Assembly (NCBI GenBank): GCA_012295275.1 | Contig: CM022671.1 | Coordinates: 29,698,001 to 29,762,000 of the forward strand | From: Chrysomallon squamiferum | Lineage: Eukaryota; Animalia; Mollusca | Length of the DNA: 64,000 bases | Reading direction: 5' to 3' | Shown: positions 1 through 14,877 of the stretch, one piece after another | How the letters are laid out: every line of letters begins with the position of its first letter | Numbering within the stretch: the stretch's first letter is position 1 | Made by a program: the position numbers and the translations under genes | Notes under the pieces: model-generated | What the model was told of the DNA's origin: nothing | Seen by the model: the letters and a program-made list of their open reading frames with translations, nothing else | The model's database searches: none

Positions 1-3000
1 CATCATCATCATCATCATCATCATAACATTAAAGATAAAATAAATAATTAAATGTAATTGTTAAACCCACAAGAACGCACACGAAATGACAACGCAACAC
101 ATAAAGGATGTTTTTCTTATATTTATATTCACCAATTTTGACTACTCAGCAAGTAGGCAACAATATTACATTAAATACTCGATACAACAATGATCAACTA
201 GTAATATAGCCTGTTTATTTTGTTGGAAACGAACAGAAGAGAAAGCGTTGCCACGAAAAAAAATAAAAAATAAAAAAATATTTCGAAATTACAACTTTCT
301 CTCCACACAATTCCTTACATTTTACAGTCAGTGAAAACAGTCTGGCCCTGCTTTCATGCAATCCCAAAAAATCAAAAAAAGAAACAAAAAGAAGAAGAAA
401 AAAAAGTTGGATATTTCTTCTGACCAAAACCTCTTTACGACAAACACTGAAAAATCCCTCTAGCCTGATTGTAGTTAATAAAATGATGATCTATAATTTA
501 GCAACGGTGTACGTTTTGTGTGAGGAGAGCAAATATCTAAAACTCTGTGAATAGAAATACAATTAGCGGAGACAATATCGATGCCATCTGCCTTATGGTA
601 CGGTGCAAATATAAATGTTTTCATCACTTTTGTGAGAGAAAAAATTCGAAATGTCTGAAGAATCCGACACAGCGTAATACGTTAATCTCAAATAGCACTT
701 AAAAAAATAAATAAAAAAATGAAATAAAAAACACGATTATCGTAACATTAATATCACATCTCCGATTATAAAATGTCACAGAATCGCAAGTGACTTTACA
801 AAAATCGATCATTTCTGAAACAGCTAGTAAATGTCGATTCTTCACACAGTGAATGGATGAACAGTCAATTTATTACCGATCCCAGTTAATGACGGAATTA
901 ACGAGATTAAGCAGATGTCATGTCACACGCTCTTTACACGAAAATACACGGCGAAAGGTTAATCCACACCCTGTCGATTGTCACGTCATCATTTTTTTTG
1001 TTGTTGAATGGTTACTAATGTAAATCTCAAAACAAAGAAACAGGTGACATCAGTTACAACTAGAGCCACTCTCACACTGGCTTTAAAACTTCTCCTTACT
1101 CGCAGAAACTCAAAATTACGTGGATTATAATAAGTTCACTAAGAGCGTAGTACTCGTGGTGAAATCATTATGGAAAAAAAAAAAAAAAAAAAAAAAAATA
1201 ATAATAATAATTAAAATAATAAAAATAATAAGTAAAGAAAATAAAGTTAAACAGTTACACGTATAGGGTTTACTATCACATTAAATGTATATAATTTCAG
1301 AAAAATTCCAAGCATATTTAACAGTTAAAGCGACACACGAGTTTTAAAAACGTCCTCCGTACATCAACGGCGAAGAATACGAAATTTCAACCTTAATATC
1401 CCACACGTTTAAGAACAACTGGTCACTACATATTCTTAAAACGTCATAAAAACTCCGAAAACTTCCAGGATTGCAAGAGAAAACAGTGGCTACTGACTAA
1501 CAATAATAATTAATGATGACTGAAAGGATGGCAATAAATAAAAAATCTGAAATGGAATGCCTGACATGAATACAATAGAATACGTATAGAGGAATTATCA
1601 ATTAATAAATATTATCAGTTTAAATGATGTTCTGATACATATCTTGGATATTTCACAGTTCAGTTCTTCATGTTTATTAACACTGAGTGAGCTATTGACA
1701 GGTAGGTAGTTTAAACTACGCTGATGCAATCACCGTTTTATTCAATATGCTACAAAAAAGAAAACCTATTCGTTACATTCTTGAATATTTTAACTATGAT
1801 ACAAATTATTTGTTCTCTAATTAAACCTGTACACTTCTAATGAAAATAATATGATTAAATAATATTATAAACTATAGCGCAATTTAATCTAAAAAACAAA
1901 ATAATAATAAAAAATAAAAATAAAACAAAATAATAATAATAATAATTTAAAAACGAATAATAATAAAATAAAATTTAATAAAGTCTCCAGTTATCGATCA
2001 GAATTGAGATTTTCACATCACATATATAGCATCAACACACGTATGAAATAATGCTGTTCATGATACACAAAACAATAAGAATTTTGATTATTAAACTAGC
2101 CAATAATGCACTATATACTACTTCCTATATCTTTTAAACACTAATTATTCCCTTTCCTGCTATGGCAACAAAATGCAATACTCATTTTACAAAATCTCTC
2201 TTTAATGGACAGATAGTATGATATAATCGTAACAAATTAATGTCTAAATGTATAGCTGCTATCTTTGTTAAATCAGTCGTTCTGTTCCCGTGTCAGAACT
2301 TTTCTGACAAAAGTATTACTTCACTCTGTGTTGCCCATGATAACAAAACTAAATTTGATTTCTGAACTGTACAATTGCAACTAGTCAGGTGATTACTACC
2401 AGAGTGCTCATCATAAGAAAATCAAATACTGCCTACAAGAACCCTGAAGAAATGTACATGTTGGCAACAAAAAGTATTAATACATTTAGTGTTTTCCCAT
2501 CCAATTGTTTTTTTATTTTAACACGCCAATCTTTGCTAATGATAAAGTATGACATTAAAATATAAGGCCTAAAGACATCAAAGGTGACGTTTTTCACATT
2601 TATTTTTTATTTTAATTAATTATTATTATTATTATGTTGGATTTCATTTTGTGTATCTTAAAGCAAAAAAAAAAAAAAAAAAAAAAATGTTCCCGATAAG
2701 CTAAGTAAATAATTGCCTGGTTGCTATTTATTCAGAATTTCACATTTCTCTCTATAAAAAGATATTTGTGAAGAATCATAAAAGGCAGCCTGTGTTCACC
2801 CTTGTTAAATAGTCATACTTTATTAGTAATAAAGATTGGCCGTCTTGAAATAAGTTTAAACAATGAGCTGAAACTATATAAAGCAACTTTAGGCTCTTTG
2901 TTTGTAACAACATCAGTATTAAGCAGAGTGTTCACAAATAACAATCCCCAAAACTGGGAGAATGGAGAGAACTGATATGGAAAATGGATTTATAGCAATT

Positions 3001-4627
3001 AGTAAATAAGAATACATGTATAGCTGAATAATCTGTCTGACCAAACATTCCAAATAAAACTTTTTTGAAATATTTTATTTAAAAATAAATATTAAAACTA
3101 AAAAAAAGAAAAAAAAAAAGAAAAAAGTAAGACATTACACAATTACTGAAATCTGTTTATAGGTATATTAACATATTGAAGTTCATCTGCTGTTTTTTGT
3201 TTTGTTTTTTCAAACATTGTTGCTGTAGCTGCAATTAAAAAGTGCTGAAAGAAAGACACTTTGGCAATTATTGCAAATTTCAACTATCTACATTTTTTTT
3301 AATTACAGTAAAAATGAAATATAATAATAATAATAATAATTAAAAAAACCCCAATAAACAAACAAATAACAATAATAATTTAATAAAAAAATAAATAAAA
3401 AAAAATGAAATAAAATAAAAAATAAAAAAAACAATTTAGAGACACTTTCCTCACAATTCTAAATTATTACTTTTTACATTTATTTTTTAAACAAACAACA
3501 GTGAGAATATTGAGAAAAAAAGAATTTAAAGAAAGAGGCGACTAAGTGGTTATATCTGATCAGTTCTAGTACTTAACTATATATAAATTTCAAAGACAGC
3601 ACTAAAGCTGAAATAAATTATACAGAGGTCTCAGCAACAACACTATGTACAATAACAGCAAAAATCTGAGACAAAGAGATAATCTACACACTATATATAC
3701 ACATATACACGACATCAACTACATAAAATGTAATGATAAGAATGTGAACAAATTAAAAAAAAAAAGGAAAAAAAAGGAATTACACAAAATTTACAATTGC
3801 TAACATGCAAGTGGTATAGGTAATCCAGATTTATATGCTTGTTACTTGTTTGCAGATTTAAGTTATGTATTTCAGTTTCTGCACCAACATTACACATTGA
3901 TATATATATATATATATATATTTTTATAAATGCCGGTTTTAAATACAAACTGCAGGCTCAGATCTGGCATATAGGGTCCAAAATGAAAACCCCCAGGTAT
4001 CAGTTCAAAATAAATTTCTTTAACTATTTTTAATTATTAATTTTTTTTGAACATGGAATTCTTGTAATGCCTAAAAAAAAAAAAAAATAATAAAACAAAC
4101 ACAAAAGGTTCAAAGCACTTTTGAATCCAGCTACACTATTCTGGTTAAATGTTTAATGTCTGTTTTTTTCTCTGGCACCTTTATAAGGTGTGCAAGTGTT
4201 TATATGCAGTTAAATAATATGGGTGCTTAGTAAAAAAAAAAATTACAATAAACATACATTGTTCCTCTGGATTATTCATTTTGCTCTAGTAATATTTAGG
4301 TACAACACTGATTTTAAAGCTTCCGTTTGCATTAATAATTCTCTATAGGCAATGTGACTGGCCATTTAGTTAAAAAACAAACAAAACAAAAAATATAAAA
4401 TAAAAAATAAAAATAAAAATAAAAATAAAATAAGAAAAAATATATTGTAACAGCAGAAATAAATCTCCATAAATTACTTCTTTTTTTTTTTAAATTCTTT
4501 AAGAAACATAGTTATCTGATTTAATAATATTTCTTTTTAACACAGCTGAAAAATTTGAATTAAAAATGATTATTAGTTTCATCTAAATACAAGAACAAGT
4601 TCTTGTTTATCTACAATGAAAGTAAAT

Positions 4628-4661
<34 letters not shown>

Positions 4662-6784
4662 AAAGGTTCTTTCCATTAAAATTTGTAACAATTCAGGTAG
4701 TTAACTTGACATACTATGTCAGAAGAAAATCATTTGCATTGTGTTAAGCAGGAAGGTAAATTCAGTTTCTGGTTAACATCTGTACCATACAAGTTATCAA
4801 TAATTTGCCTCTTGGAATGGGCACTGCCCCAGGCTATATTTAACCACCTTTTTTTTTTTTTTGTATGCAAAAAATACCTGCTCTTTGACTGTTAATATCC
4901 TTTCTTTAATAACCAGGACCTGTCCATACGAATTATCAACACCAATTCATCAGAAATTCAAATTTCTTATGACTATATTAATAACTTGCACTGAAAACAC
5001 CATTAAAAAGCTTGTTTTTTTTTTGTTTTTTTTTTAAATTTTCACAAGTCAATGAAAAGATAACAATTTTTCTTTTTCAGTGTGAAATTTTTGTGAGTAT
5101 TTGTTGGTGTCTTAGACACTGTAAAGCAGGGTGGCATCATGAACCAGATACAGGTAACATTTTTCACACACTAATTGCATGTGACATGAATACAAATGGC
5201 AGTATGAATAAACACATGCTTACATGAGTACACAGGTATAACATGAAATAAATAACAGATGTGTATATATATGCAATTTCTTTGTGTGATTATAGCAATC
5301 AAAATAAAGCACTCCTCTTATTAAAGGTTGAGGAACATTAGTCGGTGACTTAATTAGAAGAAAATACATCTGACGTTTAAAACCCAGAATCTAATTCTTA
5401 AATGTCTGCTTTGGTCCGAAATTTGAACCACGATTCATCACAATTAATTTCACTGTAACCCTGCATACTTTATTCTCACTAAAAGTTTTTGAAATGATTT
5501 TACAGTTTATCTTTATGCAACAAATCAAAGCATTCCTGATAAATCATGAGCAGATTCTAAACAGAAGGAACAAAATCGAAAAGAATTTGACTCTGCTACA
5601 TCTTGCAAATCTCTCCGCCAATCTACAGAAACTAACACAAAACTGTATACACCAGTTAGTAATGGAGGACTGGTGTCTGAACTGTGATGGTGTTAAAATT
5701 AATGGAGATAAGATTATATAAGATTCTAAAACTCACTCTAGGATAGAATTTGTTGATACTGATGAACAGGGATAATGCAGTTAAAGTTTTATTTTTTTTT
5801 TTTAAAAGAAAGAAAGAATGAATGAAAGAAAAAAAAGACAGAAAGAAAAAGAAAAGATAGTGATAATTACAGTACTATTTAGGATACAAAGAACACACAC
5901 AAAAAAATGTACAGTGTACATCAGCACTCGGTCCCTCAGTTACAGAGTCTTGTTGTAAGTGCTGGGTACAGGTTGCCATAGTAATTGTTGTTTTGTTTTT
6001 TTATAGTTAAATATTATTTATTTTGCAAAGCACAATTATCACACAAGCGAAGCAGTTTCACAGAGCGTGGTCTGGTTAATGGTAGACAACTGGCGGAACG
6101 AACCTCTTTTCAACCTTTTTGTTCGAATACACAATTCTAGACATGGGTAATTGCCATTCTCTTTACAAAAAAATAAATAAATAAATAACAGCATTACATA
6201 ATCTGAACCCTTCTCCTTCAGTAGACCAATGTTCTGTATGTATGTATAATTAATATTAAATTTTTTCCTGTGAAATTTGTAAATAAAATCTTCAGTTTTT
6301 ATGAAAAGGTTATAGAAAAACTTTCATTTATAAATTGTTAGCTGTTGTTCAGCTGCCCTATTCATCCTAACAATTCACAATAGCAAATTATGTAACTGAA
6401 TCGACAAATCTTATCTTTAAGATTGTTTAAGACCAAATGCAAAAATTTTGATTTAAAATGAAAGAATTCAGAATATCTAGATGCCAGTACAACTGTCTTT
6501 GGTTGTCTTGAGATCACTATTTTTGTTGTTCAATTTTTTTTTTTTTTTTTAAATATATATATATATATTTTTTTTTTTTTAGAATCATGTCCCAACCCCA
6601 TCCTCAAAATGTCTGAAAGACTTTTGGAAAAAAAATATATTTAATGAAAAATAAATATCACTGTTGGTACTGTAATAGTATTACCAATATCTAGAGTTTG
6701 TATGATGTAATGTTCCCATAGCTTCCCTGTGACCTGCATTCAGATAAGTTCTTCCACTACACTGTGACTAATGAAGAACCGACG

Positions 6785-7735
6785 TTAACGGCACTCCCAA
6801 ACTTTCACTGTCTGGTCTACACTTCCAGTTATCACATAGGGAGCATTCCTGTGCATGTCTGCAAATTTAAAGATGAAAAAAATAAAATATAAGTGTTACA
6901 AATTTAGGTTTGTTTTGAAACCTGAAATTAATAATTACAGGTGACAAAATTGTCCACGAATAGATATTTAACGTATGTACATGTATATGTATGTATTGAT
7001 ATATGTTTTATATATATGTTTTATATTTATATATATATATATATGTATAAAATAGAACAAAAAATAAAATTAAACAAAACAAAATACAATCAAAATCATA
7101 TAATAAAAATGAATAAATCCTAAATTTTCATAAGGAAGCAGATTGCAAATATAAATTTCTGGAGTTACTTCCCTTGATACATTTTATTATAATCTTACTT
7201 TCGCAAGAAATGATCTATCCTCCCCCCCCCCAAAAAAAGAACTGACAACTCTGAAATTTACTAATAAATGTAAGAGAGTTACAACCAGGATAGACTAAGA
7301 CCTATTTTGAGACGATGCTCAAAGAAAGGTTATAAACTGGTCTTATAAGAGATAAAATAAATAATATTGTAACACACACACATACAACACACAACACACA
7401 ACACACACACACACAAGAATTAACAAGAACTGAAAACAGATTAAAGATGAATTACCTAAAGAAGTTACAAAGTGAGAATGGGCCTCAAGTGTTTTGTGGT
7501 TTCTCTTGTTTTTGATGTCCCACACTCGTAGTGTCTTGTCGTCCGAAGCACTCAGGATAAACTTGCCTCCAGGATGAACCACCAGTCCACGGACCCAGTT
7601 GTCATGTCCCTCCTGATTTCAACACAACAACAAACAACTTGTTTCATTTCAACAACATCACAGCAAAATATTGTAAAACAGAACAATCTGGTATTTTTGA
7701 AGAAAAGGAATTTTTTGAATTTACGAAGAACGCAC

Positions 7736-7776
<41 letters not shown>

Positions 7777-10700
7777 CTGTTATCCAACTAAGCATCAAAA
7801 CATGATTTATTCTTCCTAAAATTATTTATTATATAACTATTTATATAAACACACTGATATACATTAACTCTCTGCATAATAAATCAAAAGCAAATATTTA
7901 GGAAAACAAGTACAGTAGAAGTAACACAAGACAGTAATTACCAGTGAGAACAGACAGATGCCGACGCTGATGTCCCACATTTTAATGGTCTTGTCCCGGG
8001 ATCCAGATATCAGGAAAGGTCCAGTTCGTTTTTGTTTTCCACCCTGAAATAATAAAGAAAAATTATTTTTAGCATATTTCATTAAAAACAAAAACAACAA
8101 CAACAATGAAATAGATAAATATAATCAATTTTTTTTTTTTTTTTTTTTTTAAAATTAAGCTAATGTTGACCAATTAACAATCCTGTTGAAAAACTGATTT
8201 ATCATCTTTTTCAAACATGTTTGTAGAACCCCATTTAAATTTTTCCTTCTGAACAAAACAATCTAAATCTACGGTCTGGTGTCATTAAATTACTCAACAA
8301 TCCACTGACAAAAATCTCTTTAAATAATATAAATTTATTTATCCAAAATCAAAAATTATTCAAAGAAACTTTACACCTGCTTTATTACAGGCAAAACTAA
8401 TAAAAAGAAATAAATATAAAGAAAATTTTAAATTTACAAATTTCGTTATTAATAATTAAAATTTTATTACACTTTTTAAAATTTTATGGTCTCTGATTTA
8501 TTGTTTGTATTAAGAAAGTACATTATTATTATTATTATTCTTTTAAATTTTAATGGAATCAGAGGTATTTCACATATGGATGACATGTGGAAGTACAGGT
8601 TAAAAGACTCACTCCAGTCTCCGCAGCCTCAGAGATGGCAGGCTGTGCTGATTCCGGTGCCCATGCAATACACTCCACAACATGCTTGTGTTCTCGCAGT
8701 TCAGCCTTGCATTCCTTCGTGGCCACAACCCAAACACGAACAGTGCTGAAAAAAAACACAACAAAAAAACAAACCATAATGAAATAGTTATACTACAAGT
8801 ATAAACCAGCATCATATTATTTACTGAAACATTAAACTACAGGGGAAAACTTTTTTTTTTTTTTATATCCCATTTCATTTAATGAAATATTTGTGTTACT
8901 GGTATAAACAGGTTTCATAAGGTTTTGTAAATTATTTATATGTATTAAGTGGAAGCTATCATAAATCTACTTGAAATAACATTACTATGCAGGAAACAAT
9001 CATTATTAACAGAGAACATGTACAATGTAACATAATTAGCAGATTTTATATAAACAATGTATTTTATCATATTTCTTAAATAAATGATATTATTACCATG
9101 TATACAAATGTATATTGAATCTTGTCCTATGCAGTAAATAATATTTTTATTTATTCTTCTGTCATTATCTGTCATTAGCACTTTTAAAACTGCTTTTTGT
9201 AAAAAATAAATATCTTTTAGATGCACCAAAGTAGCCTGACCAAGTTAAATTTCATTCTACTAATCTAAACTTAAATTTCTGGAATTATGTATTCAATGAA
9301 AATGACTAAAATAAATGACATCTTAGTAGTTAATATAAAACTGAATTAAGTCTGGTAGAGATAAAGGCGCGAGTATTATTATGGTGTGATTTAAATTCAT
9401 TTTGTTACCTGATCATTAGAGCAGCTGGCCAACAGCGATCCATCATGGTACACTCGTATCATGCGTACCCATTCTCTGTGTCCAGTGTATGTCTTTACAC
9501 AGTAGCTAACAAAAAAAAAAAAGATAATTTTTATGCTAAGTTTGTTTCCATGCTGCTTTCAAAATTAAACTGATCAAAAATAAGAAATAATTAAAGTAAT
9601 AATTATATAAAATCAAGGATAAAATGGACAATAATCACATAAAGATCATACTGCATCATATGACAGTGAAAGCTAAGAGATTCATATTGAAAATGAAGGA
9701 AAGAATAAATTCAAACTTAAATAAACCGTATAATAATACATACCCAGTAGCTACTTCCCACATTTTGATAGTTTTGTCTCTTGAACAGGATACAATAAAA
9801 TCTCCACTGGGCATGAAAGCCACACTCGAAACATTGTGGTCATGTCCTGAAATCAAATTTTCTATGTTAATTCTGTTAAACAAAATACTGATGAATCCTA
9901 TTTTCAAGAAACAAAAATTAATAAATAAAAACATATAAAAAAAATATATAATAATTTGGTCATGTTATGTAAATCTAACAAACTAATGTTACTTTGGTTA
10001 TGGTTTAAAAACATTTTTTTTTTAATGTAGTATTATTAAAAATTAAGAGTCGTTAAACCATCAAATTAACTATTAACTCAGATAGTATGATACATCTTTT
10101 AGTTAACTACACAATAACCTTTCCACACAAAAACACACACACAAACACCGACAAAAGAGAACAATGTGTGTATTATTGGTATTTAAAGCTTTCATTACTC
10201 ATTTTTATTATTTGTTGGATAAATGGTTACCATGCAAGGTCTTGATGCACTCATAAGCCTGGAAGTCCCATAGCTTCACAGCCATATCAGCTGAACAGGA
10301 TGCTGCAATGAAACAATAAAATTGTACATACTGAATTAAAAACTTTACCTGTCTGTCTAAATAAATAGTGAAAATGCTAATAGAAATAACATAGAAGAGA
10401 AATAAATCTTAAAAAAAAAAAATACAAAAAAATACAAATAATAAAAACAAACTTTCGGATCATTAACATGTTTGTATGTTTTTAATATTCACAACTAAAC
10501 TGTTATTTAGTTCATTTTTTCATAATAGTATTTTTCATTTTTTCAAAATCCATACCCAAAAATTTTCCAGACTGGTCAAAAGCAATATCTTGTACTGAAT
10601 CTGTGTGTCCTTTTAAAGTCCTCTCGTAATCGCCAGCTTCAAAATCCCAAATCTGTCATTAAAACAATTAAAAATTAAATAACATTTCAGCAAAAAAAAT

Positions 10701-13700
10701 AAAATAAAAAAATAAAAATTATGACAATAAACTATAAAGTTGTACTTATATTTTGTATGCGTTACCTTACCATGTGTGTTTTGTGTTATTTGGTTTAAAA
10801 CTACCAAGAACATAAAAAAAAAAAAAAAAAAAATCTAAACTACACTAATAATATTAAGAATGTGGCACAATTTCACATTCATATTACAAAAATATTTCAA
10901 AGGAGAAAAAACAACTGTTGAAGTAAATTTTAGAACAAACATTTAAATAAAAATCTGCACCAAAATGAATCATGAACAATGACCACAAAAGTCTTTTAAA
11001 AACTAATAAACAGAACAGAAATAAATAAGAACAACAGAGAATTAATGGAGAAACAACAAAACACAAGCCCAACAATAATAAAAAAAAAAAAATTTACTAG
11101 GGAGAGGAAGTAAGACACAGTAAGAATGGTCCAGTTATAAAACTTGACAAATGATATCATTTAATTAAAAGTGATGTTTTACTTTAATAGTGGCATCTTC
11201 ACTGGCAGTGACCATGACACTAAAAACTGGGTGGAAGAGAACTCTAGTAATTGGGCTTCGATGGCCGCTGAGGGCGTATCGTTCTGGTGGTCGTGGAATC
11301 CACTCAGAGGGACTTCGTTTGTCACGTGTTGGGGCACCGGTATTGAATTCTTTTTCTGCTTCAGCAAGTTTGGCTTCCAGTTCCATAACCTACACAATTA
11401 TTATATCACATATAACAAATGTAATTATTTCTACTACAAATGTATCTCTTATTATAACACTTAAAACCAAAAATATTAAGAATTAATTAATTAAATTTTC
11501 TAGCATTATCTTTCATTAACAGCAAACAAACTAATTATAGTGTAAGTCCTTAAGTAATAATGTTTTTTAAAATATATTTGATAAAACTGAAGAAAATCTA
11601 TGCCAAACTAATTTGATAAAATCACTGATTTTATTTTTCATTTCTACTCTTAATAATGAAACAATAAATTTTTAATGCAAATAAAATATACAATAACATT
11701 TAAAACAAAAATAAAACAAACATACCTTATTGAAGTATTAAATATTGATCAATTTTAACATTTAATTAATATTAAAGATTTTACAATTTAATTAATTCAG
11801 TTGCATTTGAACTCTTTTGATGCTTAATTACATTCATAAAATAAGTCTAAAATGATATTTTGATCAATATTTTAATTTTTATGCCTTGAATTAAAAAGTA
11901 CCTTTTTCTGAAGCCTAATAACACTAGTCCATTTTTTCTCCAAAAGTCCTGCATACTTCTTTTCAATTTCAAGTGGCTACAAAAAATAATTTTTTTTTTT
12001 TTTTTTTTTAATATTATATTACTAGAATATAAATGTTCATTAACCCAATTATAAACACAAATATAACTGGAAAGAGCACAAAAAAAAAGAAAAAAAAAAG
12101 AATTATTTGAAAATTATTTCTACACCAATTTAAAAAGACAAACAGACCCCCCGCCATAATTAAAACAATTACTCCACCGAAAAACAAGAACAACCCAACC
12201 CACTTTTTTTGTCAAACTTACCAAGCCAGACTCCTTTTGAAAATGTTCGAAAGCATTCATATAGCCATTAGCACTCAGGTAGTCGGCAATTGCCTTATTT
12301 CTGAAAATAAATTTTATAGTTAAAGCATATTTTATTAATTTTTAAAATAAATAATTTAAAAACAAAAAGACAAACTTTTTATTTGCATGTAAAGTGACAT
12401 ATTTTTATTTGTTAGTTTTAAAAACAGATTAAAAATATCTGAATAAATTAGATATAAAATTACTATTATGATGCAAACAATCAAAACCAAATTAAAAAAA
12501 AAATGTCTAACAATTTTTTTTTAGAAATAATTAATCATGGGATCTGAAGATCTAAAGATCTGAAATATGTTAAATGCTTAACAAAAAGATACAAACTCTA
12601 ATCCTATACGCACGACTAATCCTCTTATTTAAATGACTGGGGTTAATTGTTTTTACAATTTATGAACAATTAAACAGAATGTATTTAGGATTTATGCAAA
12701 AGAAAAATCAATATTTATAAATACAGATGCATGTACTTCATTCATCTGATATTGAAATGCATCGCAATTCCCAGAAGATTTAACATCATCGATTCTTACT
12801 TATCATCCTAATGAATGACAAATGTTTTCCCTTAGTTCCATACAACAGTTATGCACAGACATGATAAAACATCTGTTTCAGAGCTTTGTACTTAACGGTA
12901 TGTTGAGACAGTGTCTTTTTATACTGCCACAAACCGCTAGCAGCATCTGCTGATTCTATGGGTGGAGTGAGGCAAAACATTTCTCATTCATTACTTACAG
13001 ATAACAGAACATTCCAAGCATTCCTCACATAAACTCAGTTATTAATGAACATACAACACGAAACTGTTAATTCTAATTAAAAATATAAATTAATATTTTG
13101 TTTCAAAACAGCATAATTAGCCTTAGTGTGTGTGTGTGTATACACATGGGTGCACACACCTAGACTATTGCAAAAATAAAAATAGACAAAATGATTCAAG
13201 CGTATGCTTTAAATGCCACATAACATATGGTGTATTTATCATATCTGGTATTATCATATCCAGCTGACACAGCATAAATGAACATTATAATTATTATATT
13301 TAACATATGCACACGGTTTGTTTGTTACAATGTTGCATAAAACTAAGCAGAAATACATAGATCTTATCAATTAAAAATTATAATAAAAAAATAAAATGTG
13401 AGATAGAAACAGAACCAAGTATTCAGTCAAATAACGCTTGTCACTGTTTTATTATTTTTATTTGATTTTATATAATTTTCAAGCTGAACAACTGAAATAT
13501 AAGTTGCTGGAGATGTATACACGTAACGAATATTACAGACATTCATTAAAAAGTAACAATGTGTGTATTATTTAACATAATAAATAAATAAATCCACAAA
13601 TAATCAAACTCAAAATGATACATTAATACAAATGCCTCAACCTACAGTATAACAGATCTGTTTGCAAAATCTGATTCACACATTATATGCACGAGTAGTT

Positions 13701-14824
13701 CACAGAGAATAAACTAACGTATGTACACATCATGTTCATGTTAAGCTTAGTTTGTGGACACACATCCTATCTGCATAATTTACCTGCTTTCAATTCAAAC
13801 AGACACAATCAGCAGTGATAATACAATCTCACTGTTTTATTAAACTTGAACACCATTTCCCTGATGTTATTATATGAGAAAAATAAAATTAAAAAACCCC
13901 ACAAGGAAACCATTCAATAAAAAAAGTAAATTAAATAAAATATATAAATAAATAAAAAATTAATTAATTAATAAAAAAAATAAAAATGAATAATTCCTGA
14001 GGATGTGAAATAGAACCACTGATTAATCTTTTAAGGTCAACCCCCCCCACAAAAAAAAAACCCACAAGGAAACCATTCAATAAAAAAAAAAAATATATAA
14101 ATAAAAAAATAAAAAAAATAAAATTAAACTATAAAAATAAATAATACTCAAGTAAGTGAAATAGAACCACTGATTAATCCTCTAAGGTAACAACAAATAT
14201 TTGAAAATTAATAGTTTCAAAATCAAATGATCATATGTTAAAAATCTTCCATTTTAAAAGAATTTTACAATATAGTTTCCAAATGTGGAGCAAAGCAATT
14301 TACTTTTCATTCTATATTTTTATGAGAAGTTATTTCTTAAACTAATAACTGACATTCAAGCCGTGACCATGTCAACGATAGTTAAGAGATAATAACGACA
14401 AAAAGATAATGATTATCTCCTTCCACATGAATGATTTTATTATCATAAAGATATAAATATTTCAGTGTGAGAATCTTTTGTTGAAAGAATGTACTGGAAG
14501 GTGAATAACGAAGATGTATAATTCTGTATGCTGACCTACAATTACCAAAGCTGTACTTACAGAGCTCAAGACAAAACCTGTTTACAATACACACACATTA
14601 ATGTCTATGTTAAGAGCATAGCATAATCATGAGATATTTCTTTTTACATTCACCTGTGCAAATTTCTCTTTGTTTTTGAATACCTTTTATAGCTAGGACA
14701 GTTTTATGTATGTCTAAATGGCTGCAAATGTCACATTTAATCCATTTCTCATCTGAACATTTAATTTTATGATGTGTAACAGGCTTAGATTTCTTAACGC
14801 ACACTTATGCACATGCAAACACAA

Positions 14825-14877
<53 letters not shown>

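Noticed and set aside
215-6000. Short ORFs in the supplied track (also in introns and at 58000-64000)
   Set aside because: Low-complexity F/I/K/Y-rich translations of AT-rich DNA, or antisense shadows of real exons. No recognisable domains.
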